From Callorhinchus milii (lineage: Eukaryota), in NCBI RefSeq assembly GCF_018977255.1, contig NW_024704743.1, forward strand, positions 57,848,001-57,912,000: a DNA stretch of 64,000 nucleotides, written 5' to 3'. The position numbers and the translations under genes were made by a program. The notes beneath the pieces were generated by a model that saw nothing but the letters and a program-made list of their open reading frames with translations, was not told the DNA's origin and made no database searches. Of this stretch, positions 34,591-48,608 are shown in pieces (within the stretch, counting starts at the first letter, position 1; every line of letters starts with the position of its first letter).

Positions 34591-36196
34591 GTTAGCAGGT
34601 TGCAAATTTATTATGATTATTAATAATAATAATTTATTACGATTATTAAGGGTTAAGATGAAAGGGATGCGCATTGGGATTAAAAGATCTACTAAGATCA
34701 AATAAACTTGTCCAACAATCTTGATAGACTGCTTGGGCTCCTCCAAATCCTGTTCTGATTTGAACATAAATAAAGTCCCCAAACTCCCAATATATACTGA
34801 CAATCTAATGCAGTACTGGGGGAGTAGTTCATTGTTCCCGGTGTTGTCCTTGAATTGAGATGTTAAACTGAGCTCTTGTCTGTCTAATCAGGTGGATGGT
34901 AAAAATTCCATGGCTATTAAAAATATGATGGCAATTTTCCTAGCATCCTGCTAACAGATAAATTGGTCATTGACTTCATGTTTATTTATCAGTCATTACT
35001 GTGAGCAAACTGGTTGCAGCATTTGTCTACAGATATACAGACAGCAACTGAAGGCAAAGTATAACATGCTTTGAGAAGTTTTGACATTATAGGCGGAAGG
35101 ATTATTATGATTTCAACAGCATTCATCATTTAAATGAATTAAAGGTCAACAGAAAGGCAAGAAGCACAAAGATTTTTTTACAACTCTCGGAAAAACAAAA
35201 GCGCCTTAAAAAAAGATATTTACAGAATATATCTTTATTAAAAAGCTATTAAATAAGGTTTAGTCCATTAATACTCAAAAATATAAAATTTTCTAGGAAT
35301 GAGAACATTTTTTCCTTTAAGAAACCAAACATTTTCATCCCTTTTCTGTCTGAAATTATGTTTAGGAATTCAATTCTAAATATTCCAAATCACACTAAAA
35401 TACAGATTCTTGGGAGATTTAGAATATGTCTGCAGAAAAGCTGAAAATTCAAATTATTTTGGTGGTGTGGGAGGGAACACAACAGAAGTCCTCAAAACAC
35501 TAAATGCTCTCAGGCGATATGAAGACAAATGGGCATCTAAATGATAAGTGAACACTTGGACAGTGATGAGTTTTATCCCAAACAATGTACATATCCTCAG
35601 AAATGATCTAATTCTTTGTAAACAATGGAAATTATCTGTGGTATTGTACATAAAACAATCTTAACTTTAGTAATCGTGCCACACTTGTGGATATATGACT
35701 AGCTGTTAGTCCTGGCCTTTTTTCTATCTTCCCCTGTCCACCTTCTCCAGAAAAGCACTGCTTGGGTGCAATTGCTCATGCTTTGGTGCAATTCTCCAGG
35801 TGCTGGCAGCCTTCAGGAACTTTCTCAAGTGCTTATCCTTTCTGTGTAAATCTGGGCATTAAGCGCTGGTGGGCCAGAACAGTGAGTGCAACTGTATTCT
35901 CAGGACCAGATTACCCAATAAAACAGGTAAACCATATCATAGGGCCCTTAGGTCTGAGGGGCCCCACATATGATTGACATCTTTACTTCCTGGCTGCATT
36001 TCTCTTCTGTTTGATCTCCACGCTGTCTCATGCACAATGGGAAGAGAGGCAGTGTGGAAGGTGTGACTCCTACTTCCCACATTGCCACTCTTCCTGTCAT
36101 TCTCCATGCAGCCTTATGCATTGTACAGCCAGTTACAGTGGCTCCCTTTCTCAGTCTTCCCTGCCTCCTCCCTTTGCTGCTCCAGCTTTTATAATC

Positions 36197-37013
36197 TGGG
36201 CCAATAGAAAAGTGCAGATATTTTTGCAAAAAATTGCGGAGCGCTTCGCAGAGCTTGCAGGAAATTGTGGCAGCCTTTACTGGAATTTGCCGGGAAATTG
36301 TGGGGGTTAACTGGTGCCATTGAAGTACATTTAACGGCTATATTTTTTCACCTTATTGATAAAAACTAAACATAAGGAAATAACACACATAAGATTTTTT
36401 TTGAGGGGTGGGGGTACCACCAGTGAGGCTACAGGAGCTCACCACCTCCAGTCATTCAGGGCCAGCACCGCACACAGACACAGAGACTCAGAGAGCGACA
36501 CACACACTCAGAACACAGGGAATGATACACACACTCACAGACACAGAGAGAGACACACACAGACACAAAGAGAGACACACACAGACAGAGACACACAGAG
36601 ACACACACAGACACAAAGAGAGACACACACAGACAGAGACACACACAGACACAGAGAGAGACACACAGAGACACACACAGAAAGAGACACACACAGACAC
36701 AAAGAGAGACACACACAGAGAGACACACACAGACACACACAGACACAGAGATACAGAGACACAGAGAGAGACACACACAGACAGAGATACTCATAAACAT
36801 AGACAGACTCACATAGAGATACACAATCACAACAGCGGGGCCTCCCAGTATTTGCCCCTTGAGCTACACTGAGCGTGCATGCCAGGAGCCGCTCAGTCCA
36901 CAGTGTGAGCGGCCCGCGGACCAGAAACTACATTTATGGCGGGTTTGTAGTGGGCAGGGATCGTGGTAGCGAAAAATGTGGAAAAGGTGTGGCCGCACTT
37001 TTCTATTAGCCCA
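36197..37013. mobile_element. TIR-bounded non-autonomous element (MITE), superfamily unclear
   Basis: TGGGCCAATAGAAAAGTGC (36197-36215) and GCACTTTTCTATTAGCCCA (36995-37013), 18 of 19 inverted match. TTATAA lies 2 bp outside each end. Confidence 0.8.
36470..36830. repeat. Compound (AC)n/(AG)n microsatellite inside the MITE
   Basis: Near-pure ACAC/AGAG blocks. Confidence 0.95.
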
Positions 37014-38651
37014 ACTTATAACTCACCGTTGACCATGGATCAATCCTGACACCTTTGTGGTCTACACTGTGCAGCCACCTCCTGAGCCATCAACTGTTTC
37101 CAGAAATAAAAAAAAATGAATTATTTCATTCCAACAATTTTTATCAGAATTTGAAGGTGTGAGGATGGAAAACCATTTCTTAAAACAGAATATCAATGAG
37201 AGTGATGGTAAGAAACAGAAGTGCACACAGACATAATTCAGCCGGTTAATATTACGGAACGGTTTTACTATCAGTGAATTATTACCAAGACGGAAGAAGT
37301 TTTTCTCATCAGCAACAGGATTTTCTCAGCTGCAAATAGGCATGAAACATTTATCCTGTGTGTGGCATGAAACAGTGATGCCTCTTATCAGAACCAGCAA
37401 TGTGGCAATTAAGATAAAGATTCCTTGTAGCCAGTGTGAAGATTTAAAGAATCCAGACTACTATAGTCCATATTTTGTGAGTAGGTAATCAGTCACTTAA
37501 GTACTTGTTATTCCCCTTTCTCTTAGTAACTTTCAGGCATTACCAAAGATCCCTGTAGATACACTGGGGTCTAAATTAGGAATGTGTTAAACAGATTCCA
37601 CAGGGACCTGGAAGTGACAACACTTTGAAACTCCACTCGGACATTGACCCACAAGCTACAATTGGCTACAATTCATGGAAGTTAAAGCTGAGACTGGCGT
37701 CAGAGCAGAGTTCCAGAAGGTCAGCCTTAGATGTCTGCAGGATTCACTGATTACAAATCCTTTTGTGAATCTCGCAAACTCACAAATACTGTTGGACTTC
37801 ACCGTCCAAAAGCTGACTCCACTGTGTCGCCACTATTACATATAGAATAAATGGCTGCAATCGAAGTGATGCCACTTTGTGTTGCTCAGATGGCTCTTAA
37901 ACTCCTAGTGAAAAAGCAATCTCACTTTATTAATCATTGCAGAGTGGCCTTTTCTTATCTAAAGCACCTCAAAGGTGACATTGAAAATTTCATTAACTCT
38001 CCATCTCTGCTTGTGCAATCTCAATCTCCAACAATTTAATTTAGTTCAATGAAATGTTTTCTCATGCAGCATGAAGAGTTAATGAGGAATGCTTTCAATC
38101 ACCAATTAAACACGTTTTTACTACAATTCCTGTGTACTGAACTGCTTTCAACAGACTGTCCACAACACGACTTTATGTTAAGACCTTATGCTGCACTTTT
38201 TTTAAAAAAAGTCGTCATTCTATTTAATGTACTACACAGAATGGAGAGGACAGACAGCAAACCCTTTAGTTTAAATATGTGAGGAGGATCCCATGTGGAA
38301 AACAAACTAGAATTCGCCTTCACTTAAATCAAGGTTTTTAATCTCTGCAAAAGTCTTTCATGTATAAACCACTGAGTAATGATCTCTATTTGTCTCTAAT
38401 TTCCTTTCACCAGTAAACCCATTGGAGTGTGACAATTAACTAACTTAATTGGGCTAAATTAATTATGCTTTCACTCAGGTCAATATATATAGCTACCTTG
38501 CTTAATACCATGGTGTAAAGTTAATCTTTTTAAGATCAAAGTCGTCAAGTCATGTGTTAGATACTAACTGAAGCTAAATGGTAGCACATCTGTAAGCAAC
38601 TATTTACATACAGGGCATGGGAGCGCACTTTTCCTGAAATATGAGATAAAT

Positions 38652-38973
38652 GTGGAGTCCTGTAGCTCAGTGGTTAGAGCACTCGCTTTGCAAGTGAGAG
38701 ACCTGAGTTCAATTCCAGGCAGGGCGAAACCTTGGGCAAGTTTCCTTACTCCACACAGAGCCTAATAATAATCCCTCCAAAAAACCAAAAACAATAATAA
38801 ATTGGTCATTTTCAATCTACGACTGTTTGTGGGACATTGCTGTGCGCAATTGGCTGCCGCGTTCGCCCACAAATATACAGTCAATTCACTTTACAGTGTG
38901 TTCTGTGAAGCGCTTTGGGATGTCCTCCCGACATGAAAAGCGCTATATCAAATGCAAGGATTATTATTATTAT
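38652..38973 (+). mobile_element. Full-length tRNA/Deu SINE
   Basis: Same architecture as 8875-9185. Confidence 0.95.
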
Positions 38974-40266
38974 AAATGCAATTACACAATGCACTGCAAA
39001 CTCGGAATAAAGGAACATCAAAAATCCAAACAGTCTAAATTGTTTTTGTTCATCTTTCCTCACTCTCATGTACATGCAGATTTGCAGCTCCATGTTTGAA
39101 ACAACATTCCCTTTTTATTGAACTGAACAATAATGTCAGCTGCTACTTGTGGCTTCAATAATTAAGTGGGATGTCAGTCCTCCTCATCTAACCCTGTGCT
39201 GCACAAATGGTGTGATAGAACTGAAGTCTCCTCCAGCCATTGTAAAATTAATAGAATGACTTTTAATACCTCCAGAGACACTAGTCAATTTTTCTAATCC
39301 TCTTAAAACTGCTTGCTCAGTACTTTTGACTAATAGTAGCAACTTAAATAAACAGTGCATCTTTACTCAGATAAATCTGTAAGATGCCTCAGCCATGCAT
39401 CACTAAGGGAAGAAAGGTTACAAGAAGCGCCTTATCCAGGTCTGCCATGAGTGCTAAACACGCTGATACTAATGAATCATCTCAACAGATTAACTGCGGC
39501 TAATTTAATCTACTCCTTGCTGAATATTTTATATGTTGCTACTTCAAAGATTTATTGCTTAGCGCAGACTGCACAGTCAACATAGCAAAGACTCCTTTGT
39601 ACATGCTAGACCTAGGTAACACTTAAGTCAGAAAAAGGATAGAACTTACATTATGCTGAATTTCATAAAATAAATACACCCAATTCATCATCACAAGTTA
39701 CAAAGTACATTAAATGAAAAGCACACACTTGCGATTGAATGCTATTGCAATCCGAAGAGAAAAGCTTGTAGTCAATATGGTTATCAGGCTCCATCAGTTT
39801 CAGAAGAGCCTGCAAAAATGGGACAAAATGGGACAATGTATTTGCATGTTTAGCTTCATGCAGGTTCTGTTACACTGGTTGTTTTTTTTAAATGTATCAT
39901 GGCAAAAAAAATGCACTGATGATTCACTAGTGCAACCTTTGACCATGAAACAATTCTCAAGGTAATTTATACTGAGCTGGCAATTCACCAAGAGGAGTGC
40001 GAGTCTTTTAAAAGATGTACCTCAACTACAATGAAACATTTAGCCAAGGTGGACACTTGGGGTTCTCATTGAGCTGGGAGGAAAATTCATCTCGTCTGTT
40101 CAAACGTTTCTGTGAAATATTGTTTTGTTCCATCGAACAACGTAGCCTTGGAAGTAAAATCATGAAAAAAAATCTGTAATAATGAATATTAATTCAGAAC
40201 TGCATATTCTAACAATATAATACACTTCAGGAAACATTAGCCTTCATCAAAATTTGCTAGATTGTA

Positions 40267-40445
40267 TAAATTGGTCATTTTCAATCCACGACTGTTTGTG
40301 GAACATTGCTGTGCGCAATTGGCTGCCGCGTTTGCCCACAAATATACAGTCAATTCACTTTACAATATATTCTGTGAAGCGCTTTGGGACGTCTAGAAGA
40401 CGTGAAAAGCGCCATATCAAATGCAAGGATTATTATTATTATAAT
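40267..40445 (+). mobile_element. SINE 3' half, well preserved
   Basis: taaattggtcattttcaatcc to (TTA)n. Confidence 0.9.
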
Positions 40446-41346
40446 TAAAAACATAATTCTTAAACATTTAACTACTTTTTTTCAATGGTCGTACTATTTA
40501 TTTTTCAATTTTCCCATTCCAGTGTTTTTCAACCATATTATTGGAGATTAGGATTCCAGTATTTCATCATCAATTCTAAATAAACTGGAAAATCAGGAAA
40601 GACATAATTCAATTATGTGATTACTAACCAGCTTGTTTTCGGAATAATAAGTAGGAATAACAATGGAATAGTTAAACCAATAACATTTCTATGGTATCTG
40701 AGGCCAAAATCTACATGGCATTAGTCTTAAGACCACCATCTTAAAATTCAAGACTACAGAATTTTGGAAATGTCTTAAAATCAGTACTATTTGGAAGGAC
40801 AGTTTTCTTAAAAGGAACTATAGAAACTACAAAAAAATGGATTTACACTTGCGTTCCCAAATTATTTTTCTTGACCTGAAGCTCGCATTTTAATGCTGCT
40901 CCACAGGATACCAGTTCAGTTGAGGCTATATCCAATTTTTAGTTGCATATTACGTTTGTTGTCAACAAACAGAATCTATCACTGGAACGCTGAAATATTG
41001 GGATACAATCATTGTACCAAAATCGCACCACCTCCTTTTAATCTTCCGATTGCTGTATGTTATAGTTCAAGCAGCACCACTCTGTGGCAGGGATGAGATT
41101 TCACAACTCAGGTCATTGTACACCAAATGTCCGAAGTATCTCATTGTCTTAAAATGTAAAATCGTGCAGATTGGGAGACAAAATCTTAAATTCAATCATA
41201 ATTTGGAAGTTGGCTTTCCACAGTTCTTCCAATTTAAAAAAAGACTTCCAAATTAAGACTGAATTTAAGACTTCCCCAAAATTCTGCAGAACCGAAAACA
41301 TTATGACAATTGTATTTGGGCTAAAATGATGCAGATTACGGGGTTT

Positions 41347-41670
41347 AATAATAATAATAATAATAATAATCCTTGCATTTGATATAGCACTTTTCACGTC
41401 GGGAGGACGTCCCAAAGCGCTTCACAGAACATACTGCAAAGTGAATTGACTGTATATTTGTGGGCGAACGCGGCAGCCAATTGCGCACAACAATGTCCCA
41501 CAAACAGTCGTAGATTGAAAATGACCAATTTATTATTGTTTTGGGTTTTTGGAGGGATTATTATTAGGCGTGTGGAGTAAGGAAACTTGCCCAAGGTTTC
41601 GCCCTCTGCCTGGAATTGAACTCAGGTCTCTCGCTTGCAAAGCGAGTGCTCTAACCACTGAGCTACAGGA
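41347..41670 (-). mobile_element. Near full-length tRNA/Deu SINE
   Basis: Close reverse complement of 38652-38973. Confidence 0.95.
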
Positions 41671-43999
41671 ATAATAATAGTTTAGGTACTATAGCAATGC
41701 AATCTTCTTTCAGATTGGTGGGGCAATCTCGCCTTAGAAACTGTCCATTGATGTTAACCTCATTTGGAAGGATAGGGCATCTTCTGCTATCCCTTCTAAC
41801 CTGGGACAAGAGGGCTGTGTCATCTTAAGGGATCCATCTATGGTCTCAGTTGAAAAGGTGTAAAGTTAGTTTACACCCATGTTTGAATTACAAGTTGGAA
41901 CTGAATCCAAAATTAGTTCTGTGTCCATTTTATGGAGAGTTCTGTTCCTGCTTAGTCATTTGTCTTATTCTACTCATTTTTTAAATGCTGCACATTTTGT
42001 CAACTAGTAAGTAATGGTGGGCAGATAACAGTCTGCAATTGCATATTGCAAGTTTTTACCACCCCAAATATTGAAGCATATCCTCTTACGAACACTTCAA
42101 GGTAGCTACTGTATGTTATTAATGTAACAAATAAAGAAAATTACAGCATACATTAGGCAAATGACAAAATTATTGACCCAGACTGACACATTATTCATAG
42201 GACAATATATACACATTAAGGTCTCAGCTGGAATACTGCAAAGCCAAATGTGTTGTGAAGCATAAGATTTGGGTTTTAAAATGCTCTGCAACTTTAAATG
42301 ATAGTATTCACAGTATCAAGAGCACTGTTTTCCTATTCCCAGAAATGTGTTTAATTCAGATATACATTTTGAAGTAGCTTCTGTAATTTCAGGGGCCAGG
42401 AATTTTTATGAACTCCAAAATACACTACTTACTGCATCATGCAGGAGTCAGGAGTATTTGTGAACCTTTCACCACATGAGAAGCAACCATACTGGCATTA
42501 AAATTATTCAAAATAATGTCAAGATCATAACTATTTTATAAAGGATATGGATCACAATCTACTGATTTTTAAAAAAGAATCAAACTACATAACTCCAGAC
42601 TAATTGATACCTTATGAGTTTGTATTATCAAATCAATGATCCTCTTATTTGCAGTGTACATTCATTTGATCCAAAATAGTTTGCTTTCACAAATAAAAAT
42701 AAGAATTTTTTTTACATGTTAATAGTGTTAAAGGTGTTCAAATCACTGTAGCAGGACTGCTATTTGAAGTTCGGATATCAGACCAGATGGAGGTGGAGCA
42801 AACGCTGAAATTATCTGTGATTATTTAATGCAAGAAGGACAACATGTGTTGTGGCTGGATTTACACGTTATCGATGGTAACATTTTGGTGATATCAGTCA
42901 AAACCTAAGCTCTGTCTTTCTTTTTGGGCAAACCATTGCTGCCCTAATCCAAGCCAACACCACTTTCTTCTCATTCTCTATTTTTTTACATACATGATTA
43001 CTTGCAGCTAACGGGTCTGAATACATTACATTAACTCTTCATCAGTCCCTGTATATCATGTCGGACACCAATCTGGCTGGTGATTATGCAAGGTATAAAT
43101 TAGCATTAAACTATCTTTAAATCAGAATGGAACCAGTTTTCAAATTAAAGTTCCATCAGTATATTGCATGGCGCTGTCATTTTAATAACCAAATCAATTC
43201 CCCTTGGCCCAGAGTAGGGAGTAAACGGATGCAGTCTTCATTTGACAGAGGTTTATCTCTGCTACCAGACAAACATGACTGTAATAAAGATATCAGTCCA
43301 GCTCACTAATAAAGCCAGTAGATACAGAGGCAAACACACCTCTAAGACTTGTCAAAAACTTACTAACCATTCAAGAAAAAAAATACTTTTGTTAACATTA
43401 ACTACTCATAACACATGTTTTAGGATACATTGTAAGTGTTAAATATTTGAGCCTCTATTGGTTGTCATGTAAATCCATACAAAGGGCATAGAGTGTGCAG
43501 TTTTGACAGAAGGATTTTCTTCAGGGACCATATCACATTTTACATCTGGGTGGTTTGATTCAGTTTGGGTCTATCCATCCTGAACACATTTGCGCAAATA
43601 CACAAGTTTGACAATAAAAGGCTTATTAAACACTATTTTATTTATTTTTTGCAGCCAAACATTAAAATGAGCAGGCTGCTGAGTGAAGTACATCACCCAT
43701 TTAAAAAAGGACAGACTGCATTAACAGCTCAAAACATGCAGCCCCTGTCTTTTCAGGAAAAAAAACACTAACTGTCTGTCCATTATGTGACAGGACAGTA
43801 TATACAGGAATTATCAGAAACACAGAAGTGACTCAGTGTTAATGACTCAGGGATAATGACTAAGTCTGGCTTCTTTTTTGATGTAAATGTACCACAGACT
43901 ACAACAGTGTACAGTTCTTCTGTAACAGAATAATAGGAAAACGGAAAAGGGAGGCAATTGAACACATTTCACCAATTTATTAGATTTTGATAGATCTTT

Positions 44000-44340
44000 T
44001 AATCTCAATGCCCTGCCCTTTTGTTATATCCCTTGATACCACTATTGCCCAAGTATCTCTCTCTCTCTCTCTTTTAAATTATCCCTATTGATTCCGCCTC
44101 TACTGCTTTTTGGAGGCAGAGCATTCCACATCTTCACAAACTCAGTGTGTAGAAATGTATCTTGAACTCGGCTTTAGTTTTGATTTTAAGGCTATGTCCC
44201 CTTGTGATGGATCCCTCAATTATTGTCCACGATCTAATCTGTCAGTTCCTTTCATGAATTTAAATACCTGCATCGAGTCATCTCTTAACCTCCTCTGCTA
44301 TAAGGAATATAACTCCAACCTACCCAGCCTCTCGGAGCTA
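44000..44340 (-). mobile_element. CR1-type LINE relic
   Basis: ggcagagcattccaca...tccttcatg-like and aacctcctctgct segments. Confidence 0.65.
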
Positions 44341-45392
44341 ATATTTTTAGATTAGTAGAGACTTAATAATGTGACCACACTTGAGTCAATGCATGTCTGG
44401 TTTTAACAACAACAAATTACATTTATATAGTGCCTGTCACATTGGAAGGACGTCCCAAATTATTTTACAAATATGACTGATCATAAATTGATAATCAATA
44501 ATTTAGTTCTGCAATATATTTAACAGAGCCCATCTCACTAATGTCCAAGTTACACCCTAACGCATCAGCCTGAATACTAAAATATGACTTCTGCTGCAAG
44601 TGAGTCTTGACAGTTTTTCACACAGGTAAAAATCCCTGCATCCATTTTACTCTTACGCCACACCAAGAGGAGTTGTCATAGTTATTAAAATAACACTACA
44701 TTGATGGGACTTTCATCTGAAAACTGGTTGCATTCTTAATTTAAAGATTGTTTAATACCTTACCTTTAATAGCGAGACAAGATATTTGATTTATTTCATG
44801 GGTGAATAGCAATGCTAACAAGATCCAAGGTAAGATTAGTAGCATTGTAACAAAAGCAAAGTGTATTTTTTTATATATATGGTAGATTTGGGAGGATATT
44901 TGGAGATGGCAAGAGAGACTGAGGACAGAGGGATTCAGGGCAGCAAGGACCTTTCACATTATAGCCAAGATTTAATTTGTTTTCTAATTTGATTTACTTC
45001 ACTACCTTCATCCTTACATAGAATTTGGGCCATGAAGATGTTTCGAATCAGTATTTTCTTCTTACTTCGAAAATAACATGAACAATAATTCTCCTGCTCT
45101 CTAGCATTGCCTTTAACACACAGGACAACATGTAAAGGTGCTTTGCAGTAAAATTATTCTATCCCAATACTGCACTTTTTTCAATTACAACAACAACAAC
45201 AAGATTACATTTGTATAGCGCCTTTCGCGTCAGGAGGATGTCCCAAGGCTGATAGCTAATGTGTCCAATGCTATGTTTGTGCCTATCACAAAATAACAGA
45301 AATAGTGTTTTCTACTTTTTTACAAATTTCCCTTCAGTGTCAAAATTGGGCAGAAACTTAGGCAAATTTCATTACTCCACATACAAGTCTCT

Positions 45393-45655
45393 GTTTACCT
45401 AGCAGTAAGTAGGAACCCGTTGTTAGTCGACTGGCAGATTGCTTTTCCGGAGGTAATAATCCCTCAAAAAAAATAATTTGGTCACTCAATCCACTACTGG
45501 GACACTGCTGTGCGCAATTAGCTGCCGCTTTTCGCCCACAAAATACACAGTCACTACACTTTACAGTATATTCTGTGAAGCGCATTGAGACCTGTCAACG
45601 ATGTGATAAGGTGCTATATCAAATGCAAGGTTTATTTTTTTTATTATTATTATAA
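45393..45655 (+). mobile_element. SINE, long-form subfamily, head missing
   Basis: Extra segment cctagcagtaag..ggaaccc..gcttttccgg precedes the Deu core and tail. Confidence 0.8.
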
Positions 45656-46172
45656 TTGAACAGCTAAAGCACTTGAAATATCCAACAGCCAAAGATTAGT
45701 TTAGTGATTTGTGTAAATAAACAAAAACCTCTTAAAATAAATGCTTCAAATCAAGAGATAACATAATCCTTAGCACTCACAACATGAGTCACTTTGTGCC
45801 AAAAGATTGAAGAACAGATCCATTTCCAAATGACATGGTCATGGTGACACTGACAACCGACTTCTGTTACTGCGTCACCTATTGGTAAGCTGTGTCCTCA
45901 TACTTAAACATTGTGCTGAACCTTTCCAGAAAAGCAGATATAGAGTAAATAGTTCATTACACCTAAACCGGTCTAATATGAATTGGTTCAGTTCTTTGGC
46001 CAGGTTGAGGGTACTATCACCTTGGATTCTGTACTGTTTTACTGACAGCCTGAAGCTTTTCCCAAAGCCGATCATCTATTTGCATGTTGGCACTATATGA
46101 ATGTAAATTCTATCCCACTATAAAGGTTAAAGGGTAAGACATTTCCCAGTGTGCAGTGTAGCTTTTAACAAA

Positions 46173-46509
46173 GAATAATAACAATAATAATAATCCTTGC
46201 ATTTTTGCATTTGACATAGCGCTTTTCACATCTTCTAGACGTCTCAAAGCGCTTCACAGAATATACCGTAAAGTGAATTGACTGTACATTTGTGGGCGAA
46301 ACGCGGCAGCCAATTGCACATAGCAGTGTCCCACAAACAGTCGTGGATTGAAGTGACCAAATCATTATTGTTTTTCTTCTTGAGGGATTATTATCAGGCG
46401 TGTGGAGTAAGGAAACTTGCCCAAGGTTTTGCACTGCTTTCTCGGGAATCCAACCGAGCTTTCTCGCTTGCAAGGCGATTGCTCCAACCACTGAGCTACA
46501 GGATTCCAC
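46173..46509 (-). mobile_element. Full-length tRNA/Deu SINE
   Basis: Tail at 46173, head ends ctgagctacaggattccac. Confidence 0.92.
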
Positions 46510-47168
46510 AAAAGGAAGAATGTTCTTCCTTTTGATCACACAAGTGATTTGAACACAGCAGCATTCAACTAGCACCAGCCTGTGAAGGTCATTAGGTTTC
46601 AATAACCTGTCCAGTAGAGCCTGGCTTGCTTCTATGGTCCTCTTCACTGTGGGAGTTGCAACTCAGTGCAGTGAATACATAAAACCCATCTATTCTGAAA
46701 CAGAACAAATTTACTCTTTCTTCAAACATCAATTGGTGGGGAAAAAAATATTCAGTATTCAACAAAAAGGAGATTGCATCAAACAGAAGAATCCAATTAA
46801 CTTTTCACTTAATTCAAACAGCTGTTTTTGAATTTCTGATCAAAATTTTAGAGGTCAAACTATTACTTACTATAGCATTAAAAGTGTCTATCTAATTCAC
46901 CAACAAGAGTTAGCTCTCTCTAACAAACCCGAAGCAAGAAACAAATGGGCCATTTCTACTAATACTCTACGACAGCCCATTCCACTTTAAAAGGCTGACA
47001 GAAATTCAATATCAATTTTGATTCTCTCAAGAACTGACCAGCATATTCAAGCATTCGAAGACTAAGATTGCTGGATGCCCAAACTGCTGTGGACAGGTAA
47101 TTTCCATGCTCTATCTTTGGAAGCCTTGTGCTGAGCTGATTCCTAAGGTAACATCCATTTAATCTTAC

Positions 47169-47286
47169 TTTTGAAGATGTCGAGTCACACTCCTGACAGA
47201 TCCAACCATAGCCTGTCTGTTTCGGGGACTTCTTCAGTGGCGGGTCAAGGCAACCAAAGTGGTAACAGAGTCTGCATTCGTCACAT
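47169..47286 (-). CDS. PHF14: PHF14 exon encoding the C-terminal part of the last PHD finger
   Basis: Acceptor ttgttctcctgtgcag, donor AAA|gtaaga, 118 nt, phase 2 to 0. Reads CDECRLCYHFGCLDPPLKKSPKQTGYGWICQECDSTSSK, which I recognise as near-identical to vertebrate PHF14 PHD4. Confidence 0.96.
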
Positions 47287-48253
47287 CTGCACAGGAGAAC
47301 AATTTTCAGATTAAATCAGTTTACTGGCTATTATAGACACACATGTATAGAATGAATTAAGTAATAGAAGCTACAGTTTGACCATCAGCAGTGTGTCTGC
47401 TGATTACACATGGAACAGAGAAAGAGAGATGCTTTATACAACTCTATCCTCTCTGACATAGACTCATATAATGAAGTGGGTGATGGGGTTAGTGCCTATC
47501 TTACGACTCCTAAACCAAATCAATTCTTCGACTGTCAGTAAGAGGAACCAGATGAAGTGTTCACTTGCAGTTTTATGTCTGAAAACACAATTGTAGTAAA
47601 ATAATGAGGTAACTTGTATTCAAATTATGCTAAGTCCACAGATTCATTAGTAACAATTGTGTTGCCCTTATACATCCACTGGATTCTGTATTAGCGACAT
47701 CACTAGGAAACCGTCGTTACACTGCCTTCTCTGAACGGCTCTCACCCTGGCTGAGTCAAGCTCTCCGTCTGCACAACTAAGCATGCAAAGGCCAGCTATA
47801 TTTTTAAAGCTTTGAAAGAGATGGAGTAATGTATTAACTCCAAATGTTCTTTGTGGGACAGAATTCAAATGTTAGACCTGATTCTATCAATGTTGGCTTT
47901 GGGGACAGTGTCAGGTAGTGCATGAGGGCAGGATTGTAATCAGTACATTATGAATTGCTACATTTAAACTGCTTGTTAGATCCCATTATATGCAATCGAG
48001 CCTCGCAGCTTTTGTCGTAGGAAGATATCCATTTATTGTATATGCATGAAATCAGTTTAATTTTGATATTTAATCACCGGAGAATATTTCTTAAAGTTCA
48101 TTACTGCCATTCTCTTCTATATAATTCCTGCCACATCTTGCCCACAAAATCTACAGGCAATTTACTTGACTTTATTTATTCTAATAATAATAATCCTTGC
48201 AATTAATATAGTGCTTTTCATGTCTTCTAGATATCTCAAAACCTTCACAGAAT

Positions 48254-48608
48254 ATAATAATCCTTGCATTTGATATAGCGCTCTTCACGTCGGGAGGACG
48301 TCCCAAAGCGCTTCACAGAACACACTGTAAAGTGAACCGACTGTACATTTGTGGGCGAAACGTGGTAGCCAATTGCGCACAGCAGTGTCCCACAAACAGT
48401 TGTGGATTGAAGTGACCAAATTATTTTTATATAAAGGGATTATTATCCCCGGAAAAGCGATCCACCAATTAACTAATAACTGGGTTCCCTCTTACTGCTA
48501 GGTACACGTGGAGTAAGGAAACTTGCCCAACATTTCGCCCTGCCTGGGAATAGACACAAGTCTCTCGCCTGCGAGGTGAGTGCTCTAACCACTGAGCTAC
48601 AGGACTCC
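48254..48608 (-). mobile_element. Full-length long-form SINE nested in older SINE pieces
   Basis: Tail, Deu core, about 60-bp extra segment (48448-48505), tRNA head. Confidence 0.9.

Noticed and set aside
36356..36872. Five long low-complexity ORFs
   Set aside because: Artefacts of the (AC)/(AG) microsatellite.
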